The notes under the pieces were generated by a model, which saw only the letters and a program-made list of their open reading frames with translations, was not told where the DNA came from and did no database searches. Positions 26,100 to 39,300 of a DNA stretch of 64,000 bases are shown here, piece by piece; the first letter of the stretch is position 1, and the number at the start of each line of letters is the position of its first letter. Source of the stretch: Octopus sinensis (taxonomy: Eukaryota); assembly GCF_006345805.1 (NCBI RefSeq), contig NC_042997.1, forward strand, positions 57,474,001 to 57,538,000. Direction: 5' to 3'. Made by a program: the position numbers and the translations under genes.

Positions 26100-26488
26100 T
26101 TCTCTTTCTCTTTTTACTTGTTTCAGTCATTTTGACTGCGGCCATGCTGGAGCACCGCCTTTAATCGAGCAACTCGACACCAGGACTTATTCTTTGTAAG
26201 CCCAGTATTTATTCTATCAGTCTCTTTTGCCGAACCGCTAAGTGACGGGGACATAAACACACCAGCGTCAGTTGTCAAGCAATGCAAGGGGGACAAACAC
26301 AAACATACACTCGCGTACATATATACGATGGGCTTCATTCAGTTTCCATCTACCAAATCCACTCACAAGGCTTTGGTCGGCCCGAGGCTATAGTAGGAGA
26401 TACTTGCCCAAGGTGCCACGCAGTGGGACTGAACCCGGAACCATGTGGTTGGTAAACAAGCTACTTACCACTCAGCCACTCCTGCGCC
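26100..26488 (-). mobile_element. tRNA-head CORE-like SINE
   Basis: Reverse complement of the 27212-27620 family (GGCGCAGGAGTGG..GGTTCAGTCCC..GGCACCTTGGGCAAG). Confidence 0.9.
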
Positions 26489-26531
<43 letters not shown>

Positions 26532-26628
26532 ACCCTATATATATGTCTGTGAGCATGTACATGTTGGATATATATATATCATATATAAATACATGTATAG
26601 GTGTACATATATATAATATATAATTATC

Positions 26629-26662
<34 letters not shown>

Positions 26663-26664
26663 TG

Positions 26665-27207
26665 TTATATTTTGGAATGGTCATTTTGCCAGTTTAGCCA
26701 ATAAAAACACACACACTATATATTTGGTGTTATTTTGCTTCAGTGTTATTTATTTTTTACAATAATCTTTATCTTATTTCGGCCAGAGTTCTTTCGTCAC
26801 ACTCCTGTGACCGCTTCAGTGGTCCTTTGTTTTCTTCTTTCTTATTTGTGTCTCACCTTACTAACCGTCAGCCATTTTATATTTCTATTGTATGTCTTCA
26901 TTTGCGCATGCTTATATCTCTATGTGCGTCTATGTTTATTTAGTGTGTGTATGTGTGGGGATGCCTGTAATATTTGCATCTTCTGTTTATATATGTTCAT
27001 GTAATTTGTATTTTGTTTTTGTTGTTGTTGTTTTTGTTTATTCTTATTGTGTTCATGTGTTTACATCCACTTATTATTATCATTACATATGCTTGTATGT
27101 ATATGTGTATGTATAACAACAATACTAGTAATAATAATAATAAATCGAATCGAAAAAAACAAACAATATATATATATCTTAATCTTATTTCGGCCAGAGT
27201 TCTTTCA
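26665..27207 (-). mobile_element. Penelope-like terminal repeat block (A+B)
   Basis: Block A recurs at 29360-29640 (inverted) and 31120-31445; block B recurs inverted at 32500-32700, directly 3' of the GIY-YIG ORF. Confidence 0.7.
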
Positions 27208-27211
27208 CTTA

Positions 27212-27619
27212 GGCGCAGGAGTGGCTGTGTGGTAAGTAGCTTGCTAACCAACCACATGGTTCCAGGTTCAGTCCCACTGCGTGGCACCTTGGGCAAATGT
27301 CTTCTAATATAGCCCCAGGCTGACCAATGCCTTGTGAGTGGATTTGGTAGACGGAAACTGAAAGAAGCCTGTCGTATATATGTATATATATATATATGTG
27401 TGTGTATGTGTTTGTGTGTCTGTGTTTGTCCCCCTAGCATTGCTTGACAACCAATGCTAGTGTGTTTGCGTCCCCGTCATTTAGTGGTTCGGCAAAGGAG
27501 ACCAATAGAATAAGTACTGGACTTACAAAGAATAAGTCCCGGGGTCGATTTCCTCGACTAAAGCCGGTGCTCCAGCATGGCTGCAGTCAAATGACTGAAA
27601 CAAGTAAAAGAGTAAAGAG

Positions 27620-27620
<1 letters not shown>
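27212..27620 (+). mobile_element. tRNA-head CORE-like SINE
   Basis: A/B-box head, GGCACCTTGGGCAAATGTC core, internal (TA)(TG) tract, tail GGTGCTCCAGCATGGCTGCAGTCAAATGACTGAAAC. Confidence 0.9.
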
Positions 27621-27655
<35 letters not shown>

Positions 27656-27706
27656 CGGGAAGCTTTATGAAAATAGACAAAAGACGAAGGCAGGTGGGAA
27701 ACAAAC

Positions 27707-27740
<34 letters not shown>

Positions 27741-27743
27741 TAT

Positions 27744-27785
<42 letters not shown>

Positions 27786-28094
27786 ATACCCTACTACATG
27801 TCTAAATACAAGGACAGAGCTTTTCGGATCATGCCCACATGTGACTAAATTTCTGTTACATTTTTGGTCCCCTAAAGAAAACAGATAGAACATGCTTTCT
27901 ATGTTATGTCCCAAGAAGAATTTATATATTTTTATATATTTTTTATATATTTTTTATGTATTTTTATATAATTTTTACATAATTTTTATGACGAAAAAAG
28001 TGCGAGCGATGTATCAGTACGCAGGCAAGCAGAGTTATAACAGAGTAATTTCCCTTTATTTAACGGTATTTTTTCATAACATTTTCAAATAGCC

Positions 28095-28157
28095 AGATAA
28101 CCGAAGAGATGGTGTTGTGGATTTCCACTTCGGCATCTGAAACTCAGAGTTTTATCT
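28095..28157 (+). ncRNA. Type I hammerhead ribozyme fold with a U4C core change (Penelope-type terminus)
   Basis: Helix I AGATAA/TTATCT (6 bp), core CCGAAGA, helix II GATG/CATC, GAAA, palindromic helix III ACTC-A-GAGT, GUU cleavage site. Confidence 0.55.
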
Positions 28158-28253
28158 TGACTACCGAGTAATGTAACATATTGTATAGATAAATTTCCTC
28201 TATTTACATAATATTGAGGTCTCTTTCTTTCTTTTGTTATCTTACCGTTTTAT

Positions 28254-28300
<47 letters not shown>

Positions 28301-28369
28301 TATAGTTATTTATTTCTATTTGTTTATTTATCCGTGTATTTATTATGTTTTCGGGATCCTCTGTCGTCA

Positions 28370-28530
28370 TATGTTGTGGTGAGTGCTAGTGCTCCATTCT
28401 AGTTTTCTATTCAGGCTAGGTTTATTTTCTATTATGTGTGTAGCTTCTGTAATTTGTCTAATTGTTGCATCTGTTCTATGTGTGGACAATATTTTAATTT
28501 CTATGTTATTAATTGATCCCCCGTGTTCCT
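28370..28530 (-). mobile_element. Inverted copy of the Penelope GIY-YIG C-terminus
   Basis: [31 protein letters not shown] is near-identical to 32150-32375. Confidence 0.85.
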
Positions 28531-28620
28531 GTTCGGCGTGTTGGTACAGAATCGACGAGCTTTTACCTTCCTTGAGTTGTCTCCAATGTTCATTTATATA
28601 TGTATGTATATGTATGTGTG

Positions 28621-28672
<52 letters not shown>

Positions 28673-29324
28673 TATATGTATATATATACATATATATATA
28701 TACATAAATATATATACATATATATATATATATATACGCCTCCCGTTATTGACTCGCAATGAGACTTCCGCTGCTGTCTTTCTGGCCTGGCCCTCTCAAG
28801 GTATGGACGACAATTCTTTTTTCTCTGCTCGTCGTTCATAAAAAAATCCACGTTCGCAATACTTTTTTTTCGTTCAGCGTTAACAGCCCTTCTTACCTTG
28901 TTTTTCTTTGTCCTGTCTTTTACTGTTTATAATTTGTACTGTTGTTACTGTCCTGTTTTTGTTACCATTTTTTACCCCTCTGCGAAAAGATCTCAGAATT
29001 TTAATTGATTTGCTTTTCGCAGGAAGGAAAGTTTCTTGTCGAAGATACGTCTCGCTTTTATCCTTCGAAAGGTAGATTAGATGAAACCATAGCGACTGAA
29101 GAAGGGGTCTTTTCTTTGTCTTAATTGTCCTGTACTCTATTTTTTTGTTGTTTAAAAAAATGTCCAGTTCCTTTGGTTTGTGTCTATGTTTTCGTTTCTC
29201 ATTGTGTTCGACGTCCTTTTGGTGTCCTGTACTCGTATATGCGTGTATATGTACATGTAGAGGTAGGTACATACATATATGTTTATATATATGCATATGT
29301 TTTATTTTATTTATTAATATATAC

Positions 29325-29357
<33 letters not shown>

Positions 29358-29456
29358 CATAGAGATATAAGCATGTGCAAATGGAGACATACAATAGAAA
29401 TACAAAATGGCTGACGGTTAGTAAGGCGAGACACAAATAAGAAAGAAGAAAACAAA

Positions 29457-29501
29457 GGACCACTGATGCGGTCACAGGAGTGTGACGAAAGAACTCTGGC
29501 C
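29457..29501 (+). ncRNA. Minimal hammerhead-like motif in Penelope block A (variant core CUGAUGC)
   Basis: GGACCA-CTGATGCG-GTCAC(AGGAGT)GTGAC-GAAA-GAACTC|TGGCC; the same fold lies on the minus strand at ~26775-26825 and ~31290-31335. Confidence 0.45.
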
Positions 29502-29680
29502 GAAATAAGATTAAGATTAATGTAAAAAATAAATAACACCAAATATATAGTGTGTGTGTTTTTATTGGCTAAACTGGCAAAATGACCATTCCGAAATATA
29601 ACAATATCTGTTTCAACACACGACTTCACATAAAAAATCTTGCACAACAAATATTTAAACGTATATATATATACATATAC

Positions 29681-29727
<47 letters not shown>

Positions 29728-29728
29728 C

Positions 29729-29761
<33 letters not shown>

Positions 29762-29770
29762 CAGACATAC

Positions 29771-29803
<33 letters not shown>

Positions 29804-29914
29804 CATTCATACATATACATACATATATATATACATACATACATATACATACATACATATACATACATATACATACATACATATACATACATACATATAC
29901 ATACATACATATAC

Positions 29915-29979
<65 letters not shown>

Positions 29980-30461
29980 AATATATATCATATATAATTA
30001 TCATATATATATATACACACATATATCATATATATATACATATGTATATATCATATATATATATAAACATATATCATATATAATTATCATATATATATAT
30101 CATTTTTTTTTGCTCGTTTACTTTGTCTTCCCTCCTGGTGCTATATGAACATTTAATGTGGTTTTAGAGTCAAGTTTTGACTGCTATTTCTGTGTGGTGG
30201 TTTCTCTTAGATACCCTAAATTATAATTTTAAATATATGTGACCGTGTGTATATCTTTCCCTTTCCTATATTTCTGATGAAGAGCTCCAATCAAAATGTT
30301 AAATCACCTTTCTTTCTTTCTTTTCCTGAGTGTTCAATAACACTATACTTGTTCCACGTCCTCGCGTTGTTGTGTTTCGTCTTTGTTTTCATGTTTGGAT
30401 TAACTATATATCTATATCTATATATATATAATATATATATATATATTATATTATACATATC

Positions 30462-30537
<76 letters not shown>

Positions 30538-31020
30538 TTATATATATATATATATATACATATTACGTATAAATATATGATATATTATCATATATATAAT
30601 ATGTATCATATACAATATATTTATACATATATAAATATTATATATATTTTTGCTTTTTGAGCCCAAAAATTAACTAACTATATATATACATACACACACA
30701 CACACACACCACACATATAATATATATATATATATATATATAATATATATATATATAATAAAAAACAAGTCAAAAATAGAAAATGCTAAAATAATTTTAT
30801 AGTGAACATTTCAGTACCGGTTCCGGTCATTTTGAGACCTTTTCAACTGTAACGATTAAAATTAATTTAGAAAAATTAGAAGAAAAGTTTTTTTAAAGGA
30901 ATATTTCTATAGTAGTGTTCAGATATAAGTGGCATATATATATATATATAGATATTATATATATATATATATACACATATCATATTATAATACATGTCAT
31001 ATATATATATATCATACATA

Positions 31021-31076
<56 letters not shown>

Positions 31077-31444
31077 CATATATATTATAATATATAATAT
31101 ATATATATATATACGTTTAATATTTGTTGTGCAAGATTTTTTATGTGAAGTCGTGTGTTGAAACAGATATTGTTATATTTCGGAATGGTCATATTGCCAG
31201 TTTAGCCAATAAAAACACACGCTCTATATATTTGGTGTTATTTTGCTTCAGTGATATTTATTTCTTACATTAATCTTAATCTTATTTCGGCCAAAGTTCT
31301 TTCGTCACACTCCTGTGACCGCATCAGTGGTCCTTTGTTTTCTTCTCACTTACTTGTGTCTCTCCTTACTAACCGTCAGCCATTTTGTATTTCTATTGTA
31401 TGTCTTCATTTGCGCATGCTTATATCTCTATGTGCGTCTATGTG

Positions 31445-32375
31445 AAAAATAAAACCCAAATCCTTCATTCATACTATGCAAAACCTATGGCCTCAAAATA
31501 CCTGATCCACCGGAACTCAGCCATTGCGGGCAATGCCAAATTCAATATTTTGATGGCAGACCTCGTCAGAATAATGAGAAATGTGTCACGCATGTGCGAG
31601 CCTACAGAATTAAAGAGACACATACAGTATTTCATTCACCGCATGCAGTTCTCAGGTTACAGCCATAAAGAAAGGATCAGAGTATACAAAGGAGCCATGA
31701 AGAAATTTGATAATATATTATGTAATGATAGGAATGGGATTTGCCCACTCTATAGGAACAAGTCATGGAACACTATAGAAAGGACAAAAAAGAAAATAGG
31801 GAAGGCCAACTCTTGGTATGATAGCCATAAATACCAGAGTGTCATGTTCGTTGACACCACCCCTGGAGGTGAACTAGCGTACCGCTTTAGAAGGACCCTA
31901 GATAAACTTAAACTAAGAATTAAGGTTGTTGAAAAGCCAGGCAACCCTATCAGATCTATAATTGGTAGAAGCTATCCTTTTAGTAGAACTCTCTGCACGG
32001 ATAACTATTGCACTGTATGTAGATTTAGCCCACAAACGAACTGTAAAGCCAGAAATGTGGTCTATAGTATAAGAATGTATAGAGGGACGATGCAGTAACA
32101 AGACAGTAACATACGTAGGGGAAACTGCAAGAAGCATTGGTGAGCGGGTGAATGAACATTGGAGACAACTCAAGGAAGGTAAAAGCTCATCGATTCTGTA
32201 CCAAACGCCCGAACAAGAACACGGGGGATCAATCAATAACATAGAGATTAAGATATTGTCCACACATAGAACAGATGCAACAATTAGACAAATTACAGAA
32301 GCTACACATATAATAGAAAATAACCTAGCCTGAATAGAAAACTAGAATGGAGCAATAGCGCACACCACAACATAT
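31445..32375 (+). mobile_element. 5'-truncated Penelope-like element (RT thumb, Zn-knuckle linker, GIY-YIG endonuclease), probably Naiad-type
   Basis: YYAKPMASKYLIHRNSA; CTDNYCTVC..CKARNVVYSI; YVGETARSIGERVNEH; one frameshift near 32075. Confidence 0.85.
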
Positions 32376-32864
32376 GACAATAGTGGATCCTGCAAACATA
32401 ATAAATACACAGGTAATTAAAGAAATAGAAATGAATATCTATATGTGTATGTATGTGTGTATATATATGTATATGTATGTATATATATATATGTATATGT
32501 ATTTTTTTTTTTTTTTCGATTAGATTTATTATTATTATTACTAATATTGTTGTTATACATACATACAAGCATATGTAATGATAATAATGGGTGGATGTAA
32601 ACACATGAACAAAATTAGAACAAAAGCAACAACAACAAAAACAAAATACAAATTACAAGAATGTATATAACCAGAAGATACAAATATTACAGGCATCACC
32701 CCCCCCCCCCCCCAAATATATAGTGCATGTGTTTTTATTGGCAAACTGGCAATATGACCATTCCGAAATATAACATAATATATATATAATATTATAATAT
32801 TATATATTACACATATCATATCATATATATATATATATATATATACATATCTATATATATAATA

Positions 32865-32905
<41 letters not shown>

Positions 32906-32959
32906 TATATATATTATATCATATATATATATATATCATATATATATAGCCACTTTGAC

Positions 32960-33580
32960 TATTGCTCTCAGCTATGGTCACCATCCAGTGTCAAGTTGAT
33001 CACAGAACTTGAGGCGATCCAACGAAGCTACACGAAGAAGATAGCCCCTGTGCAGCATATAAGCTACTGGGAAAGACTCAAGAGATTAAAACTCTATTCC
33101 TTGGAGTATAGGCAAGAAAGATATGCCATAATATACATCTGGAAGATCCTGGAAGGACTTGTCCCAAACTTTGGCATCGAGAGTTACACAAACACCAGAA
33201 CTGGGCATCACAGCGTGGTGCCAAGGACTCCAAATTTGCCATCAAGATGTAGGACAAGATACTGTGATAGCCTGGGCTTCAGAGGCCCACAGCTCTTCAA
33301 TATCCTCCCGAAGAACCTGAGGGACCTGCATGGGGTGGATTCGGATATCTTTAAAGTAGGACTGGATCTCTTCCTGTCAGGTGTCCCGGATGAACCAACT
33401 TCATGGCAGGAGGTGCAGATGAGGGCAGCTGCATCGAACTCTCTCATGCACCAAATGGCAGTTGCTAAAAAGCATTTGTGAAGTAAAATCATGTAGCAAC
33501 ACCAAATGGCGGTGCCCCAGGATGGCCACAGCTCATGAGCTGAAAGTAGATAAAATAAAAATAAATAAAATAAATATATA
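32960..33580 (+). mobile_element. L2/CR1-group LINE 3' end
   Basis: DYCSQLWSP..LEAIQRSYTKKI..YWERLKRLKLYSLE..GPQLFNILP; tail GGCGGTGCCCCAGGATGGCCACAGCTCATGAGCTGAAAG. Confidence 0.9.
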
Positions 33581-33588
33581 TATAACAT

Positions 33589-33637
<49 letters not shown>

Positions 33638-33709
33638 CATATTATATATATACATATATATATATATACATATCATATATATATATATATATTATATATA
33701 TATATATAT

Positions 33710-33756
<47 letters not shown>

Positions 33757-33794
33757 TATATATATATATATATACACACATATATATATATATA

Positions 33795-34665
33795 TCATCA
33801 TCATCATCATCATCATTTAGCGTCCGTTTTCCATGCTAGCATGGGTTGGATGGTTCACTGGGGTCTGTGAAGCTGGAAGGCTTCATCAGGCCCAGTCAGA
33901 TCTGGCAGTGTTTCTATGGCTGGATGCCCTTCCTAACGCCAACCACTCCGTGAGTGTAGTGGGTGCTTTTTACGTGCCACCCGCACAGGTGCCAGACAGA
34001 GCTGGCAAACGGCCACGAACGGATGGTGCTTTTACGTGTCACCGGCACGGGGGCCAGGCGAGGCTGGCAACGGAAACGAACGGATGGTGCTTTTACGTAC
34101 CACCGACACGGAGGCTAGACAGGGCGGCGCTGGCAACGACCACGATCGGATGGTTCGCTTAACCACAGCTGCAATTCCCACTGATGTTGATCGACCTCAA
34201 TTTGGTTCTGCTTTCTGATATATGAATTGATTTGGTTTGATTTTGATTTTGACTGTTCTCACTGGTCTTGCCGGGTTTTCTCACGCACAGCATACTTCCA
34301 TAGGTCTCGGTCTCTGTTCATTTCCTTGGTGAGACCTAAAGTTCGAAGGTCGTGCTTCACCACCTCGACCCAGGTTTTCCTGGGTCTACCTCTTCCACAG
34401 GTCCCCTCAACTGCCAGGGTGTGGCACTTTCGCACACAACTATCTTCAGCCATTCTCGTCACATGACCATACCAGCGCAAACGTCTCTCTTGCACACAAC
34501 AACTGATGCTTCTTAGGTCCAACTTTTCTCTCAAGGTACTTACACTCTGTCGATTATGAACACTGACATTACACATCCATCGGAGCATACTAGCTTCATT
34601 TCTTGCGAGCTTACGCAAATCCTCAGCAGTCACAGCCCAAGTTTCACTACCATGTAGCATGGCTG
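33795..34665 (-). mobile_element. 5'-truncated RTE LINE
   Basis: [23 protein letters not shown]-terminus plus 3'UTR and (GAT)n tail. Confidence 0.92.
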
Positions 34666-34671
34666 TATATA

Positions 34672-34712
<41 letters not shown>

Positions 34713-34766
34713 CATATATATTATATATCTATATATATATATATTTATTTTATCGCATTCTGACTT

Positions 34767-34826
<60 letters not shown>

Positions 34827-34876
34827 CATATATATATATATATCATCATCATCATTATGATATATATATATATATG

Positions 34877-34909
<33 letters not shown>

Positions 34910-35008
34910 AACAAAGTCAGAATGCGATATATATATATATATATAATATATATATATATTATATATACATATCATATATATATATATATATATACATATC
35001 ATATATAT

Positions 35009-36315
35009 GGATGCTGGCTATATTCCTAAAAACTTTCTGTCCCAGTCTGTTGTCCCAGTTTTCAAAAAGGGAAACAAGTCCCTTGCAGTGATTTCAGCAA
35101 GGCCTTCGACAGGGTTGATCACAAGATCCTATTGAAAAAACTATCCAACACTGGTGTCTCTGGAAAGTTACTGAAATGGATCAAGTGTTTCCTGACAGAC
35201 AGATCTCAACATGGTGTAGTTGAAGGAGTAAAATCAAGCCCAGCCAAAGTCAGTAGTGGCGTTCCGCAAGGCACTGTGCTGAGCCCACTTCTTTTCATCA
35301 TCTACATTAATGACATTAATGACATCATCAAGCACAGCAACATAAAAATCTTTGCAGATGATTCCAAGCTCCAGAAGGTCATAAATGAGGCGAGTGACTG
35401 GACATGACTTCAGTCAGATCTACTGGCTGTTATCCAATGGGCAGAAAACATGCTGCTGAACGAGGATAAATTTGAGTTTATCCACTTTGGAAAAGAGGAT
35501 GCCCTGAAACTCCCATACTCCCTTCCTTCAGGTGAAACTCTTGTGGCATCCAACAACATCAGAGACTTGGGAGTAATTGTGGACAACAACATAAGCTGGG
35601 CCGCTCATATAAACACCAAAGTTGACATGGCCCGCAGAATGTGTTCCTGGATTCTCAGAACTTTCCAGTCAAGAGATATCCACACCATTATCCTTCTCTT
35701 CTCCACTTTTGCCTGACCCCACCTTGAATACTGTTGTCCACTGAGGTCTCCCCACACAAAAAACAATGTATCATAAAAGTTGAAGCACCTCAAAGGGCAA
35801 TCACAAAAAAGATAGATGGCATGACAGGCCTCGACTATTGGGGTCGACTAGAAAAGCTAAAACTTTATTCTCTCCAACGTCGCCGTGAGCGCTACATCAT
35901 CTGCATGATAAGGAGAATATTCCATCAGCATTGCCCAAATGATGTTGGCATCACCTTTAAGGTACATCCAAGGCTTGGGCCCCGTGCCATCCGCCCACAA
36001 CAAAAATCACACTCTCGTCTCAACAACAATAAGGCACAATTATTTCACCTCAATTGGCCCCGGTCTCTTTAACATTACACCACAAAACACATGAAACAGA
36101 AACAGACCCTATAGGGTTCAAGAGATCTTTGGACAGATTCCTTCAAGAAATCCCGGATAAACCCCCTACACCCAGATATGTCTCTGTAAACAATAACTCT
36201 CTACTTGAGTGGGCCGTAGTGCCCAAATTCTGACTTGAAAGACTTCACCAGGTGGTGCTATTAAATTAGACATGGCCTGGGCCAATAATGGCCGAAACCT
36301 ATCAAAGTATCAAAG
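35009..36315 (+). mobile_element. CR1 LINE 3' fragment, copy 1
   Basis: VVPVFKKG, DFSKAFD, SGVPQGTVLSPLLF, FADDSK; ends ATCAAAGTATCAAAGT. Confidence 0.9.
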
Positions 36316-36346
<31 letters not shown>

Positions 36347-36356
36347 CATATATATT

Positions 36357-39300
36357 GTGAGTATTTTATTTATATCCCATCGAAAGTTCTACTGAAGAAG
36401 GAATATATCTTTTTTTATAAGATTAAGTCCGAAATTGATTCAATATAGAGATAACGAAATTTAAATTTTCTAAAGGTTAGTTGCCCGTTTTCAGTTTCAA
36501 TTTTCCTGTAACAAGCGGATTATAAGTGGATAAAACAGTGTGTATTGGCTTTAGAATAACCCTCTTTAGCCCTTAATTATATGATGTATATTGCAACCGT
36601 AACGGTTTTTTTTAAATATACTGCCACGCTTCCTGATGAATTCCTTGCTGTAGAGTAAGGGACTTCATCCTATATTGCTTAGTAGTAAACTCGATGCTTG
36701 CTACAGGAGGACTGGTAACCATTACAATTTGTAGCGGCGAAAGGTCTGGACGTTGTTTTCTGAGGCTGACCAAAGAATTTTTATTTTTAGATATAAGTGA
36801 TGTACTCAAGTGTAGTTATGTTTTTAGCTTGTGCTTTTTCCATGATCATACGTGAGTATTTTATTATATCCCATCGAAAGTTCTACTGAAGAAGGAATAT
36901 ATCTTTTTTATAAGATTAAGTCCGAAATTGATTCAATATAGAGATAACGAAATTTAAATTTTCTAAAGGTTAGTTGCCCGTTTTCAGTTTCAATTTTCCT
37001 GTAACAAGCGGATTATAAGTGGATAAAACAGTGTATTTGGCTTTAGAATAACCTCTTTAGCCCTTAATTATATGATGTATATTGCAACCGTAACGGTTTT
37101 TTTTAAATATACTGCCCACGCTTCCTGATGAATTCCTTTGCTGTAGAGTAAGGGACTTCATCCTATATTGCTTAGTAGTAAACTCGATGCTTGCTACAGG
37201 AGGACTGGTAACCATTACAATTTGTAGCGGCGAAAGGTCTGGACGTTGTTTTCTGAGGCTGACCAAAGAATTTTTATTTTTAGATATAAGTGATGTACTC
37301 AAGTGTAGTTATGTTTTTAGCTTGTGCTTTTTCCATGATCATACGTGAGTATTTTATTTATATCCCATCGAAAGTTCTACTGAAGAAGGAATATATCTTT
37401 TTTTATAAGATTAAGTCCGAAATTGATTCAATATAGAGATAACGAAATTTAAATTTTCTAAAGGTTAGTTGCCCGTTTTCAGTTTCAATTTTCCTGTAAC
37501 AAGCGGATTATAAGTGGATAAAACAGTGTATTTGGCTTTAGAATAACCCTCTTTAGCCCTTAATTATATGATGTATATTGCAACCGTAACGGTTTTTTTT
37601 AATATACTGCCCACGCTCCTGATGAATTCCTTTGCTGTAGAGTAAGGGACTTCATCCTATATTGCTTAGTAGTAAACTCGATGCTTGCTACAGGAGGACT
37701 GGTAACCATTACAATTTTAGCGGCGAAAGGTCTGGACGTTGTTTTCTGAGGCTGACCAAAGAATTTTATTTTTAGATATAAGTGATGTACTCAAGTGTAG
37801 TTATGTTTTTAGCTTGTGCTTTTTCCATGATCATACGTGAGTATTTTATTTATATCCCATCGAAAGTTCTACTGAAGAAGGAATATATTTTTTTTATAAG
37901 ATTAAGTCCGAAATTGATTCAATATAGAGATAACGAAATTTAAATTTTCTAAAGGTTAGTTGCCCGTTTTCAGTTTCAATTTTCCTGTAACAAGCGGATT
38001 ATAAGTGGATAAAACAGTGTATTTGGCTTTAGAATAACCCTCTTTAGCCCTAATTATATGATGTATATTGCAACCGTAACGGTTTTTTTTAAATATACTG
38101 CCCACGCTTCCTGATGAATTCCTTTGCTGTAGAGTAAGGGACTTCATCCTATATTGCTTAGTAGTAAACTCGATGCTTGCTACAGGAGGACTGGTAACCA
38201 TTACAATTTGTAGCGGCGAAAGGTCTGGACGTTGTTTTCTGAGGCTGACCAAAGAATTTTTATTTAGATATAAGTGATGTACTCAAGTGTAGTTATGTTT
38301 TTAGCTTGTGCTTTTTCCATGATCATCGTGAGTAGTATTTTATTTATATCCCATCGAAAGTTCTACTGAAGAAGGAATATATCTTTTTTTATAAGATTAA
38401 GTCCGAAATTGATTCAATATAGAGAGATAACGAAATTTAAATTTTCTAAAGGTTAGTTGCCCGTTTTCAGTTTCAATTTTCCTGTAACAAGCGGATTATA
38501 AGTGGATAAAACAGTGTATTTGGCTTTAGAATAACCCTCTTTAGCCCTTAATTATATGATGTATATTGCAACCGTAACGGTTTTTTTAAATATACTGCCC
38601 ACGCTTCCTGATGAATTCCTTTGCTGTAGAGTAAGGGACTTCATCCTATATTGCTTAGTAGTAAACTCGATGCTTGCTACAGGAGGACTGGTAACCATTA
38701 CAATTTGTAGCGGCGAAAGGTCTGGACGTTGTTTTCTGAGGCTGACCAAAGAATTTTTATTTTTAGATATAAGTGATGTACTCAAGTGTAGTTATGTTTT
38801 TAGCTTGTGCTTTTTCCATGATCATACGTGAGTATTTTATTTATATCCCATCGAAAGTTCTACTGAAGAAGGAATATATCTTTTTTTATAGATTAAGTCC
38901 GAAATTGATTCAATATAGAGATAACGAAATTTAAATTTTCTAAAGGTTAGTTGCCCGTTTTCAGTTTCAATTTTCCTGTAACAAGCGGATTATAAGTGGA
39001 TAAAACAGTGTATTTGGCTTTAGAATAACCCTCTTTAGCCCTTAATTATATGATGTATATTGCAACCGTAACGGTTTTTTTTTAAAATATACTGCCCACG
39101 CTTCCTGATGAATTCCTTTGCTGTAGAGTAAGGGACTTCATCCTATATTGCTTAGTAGTAAACTCGATGCTTGCTACAGGAGGACTGGTAACCATTACAA
39201 TTTGTAGCGGCGAAAGGTCTGGACGTTGTTTTCTGAGGCTGACCAAAGAATTTTTATTTTTAGATATAAGTGATGTACTCAAGTGTAGTTATGTTTTTAG

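Noticed and set aside
30274-30300. CTGATGAAGAGC hammerhead-like start in a PLE-type tail (a similar remnant at ~24330)
   Set aside because: The GAAA half of the core and helix II are degraded; only a relic.
31385-32375. Selenoprotein-type UGA read-through as reported for some Naiad PLEs
   Set aside because: The break in this copy is a frameshift, not an in-frame UGA, and no SECIS was recognised.
36630-36670. Second CTGATGA in each unit followed by a hairpin
   Set aside because: The stem is not followed by GAAA and no helix III or cleavage site can be built, so it is not a hammerhead.
36612-39282. Repeated minus-strand ORF MSTSLISKNKNSLVSLRKQRPD.. in each array unit
   Set aside because: Short (65-98 aa), with ends that vary with indels and no recognisable domain; more likely incidental to the repeat.
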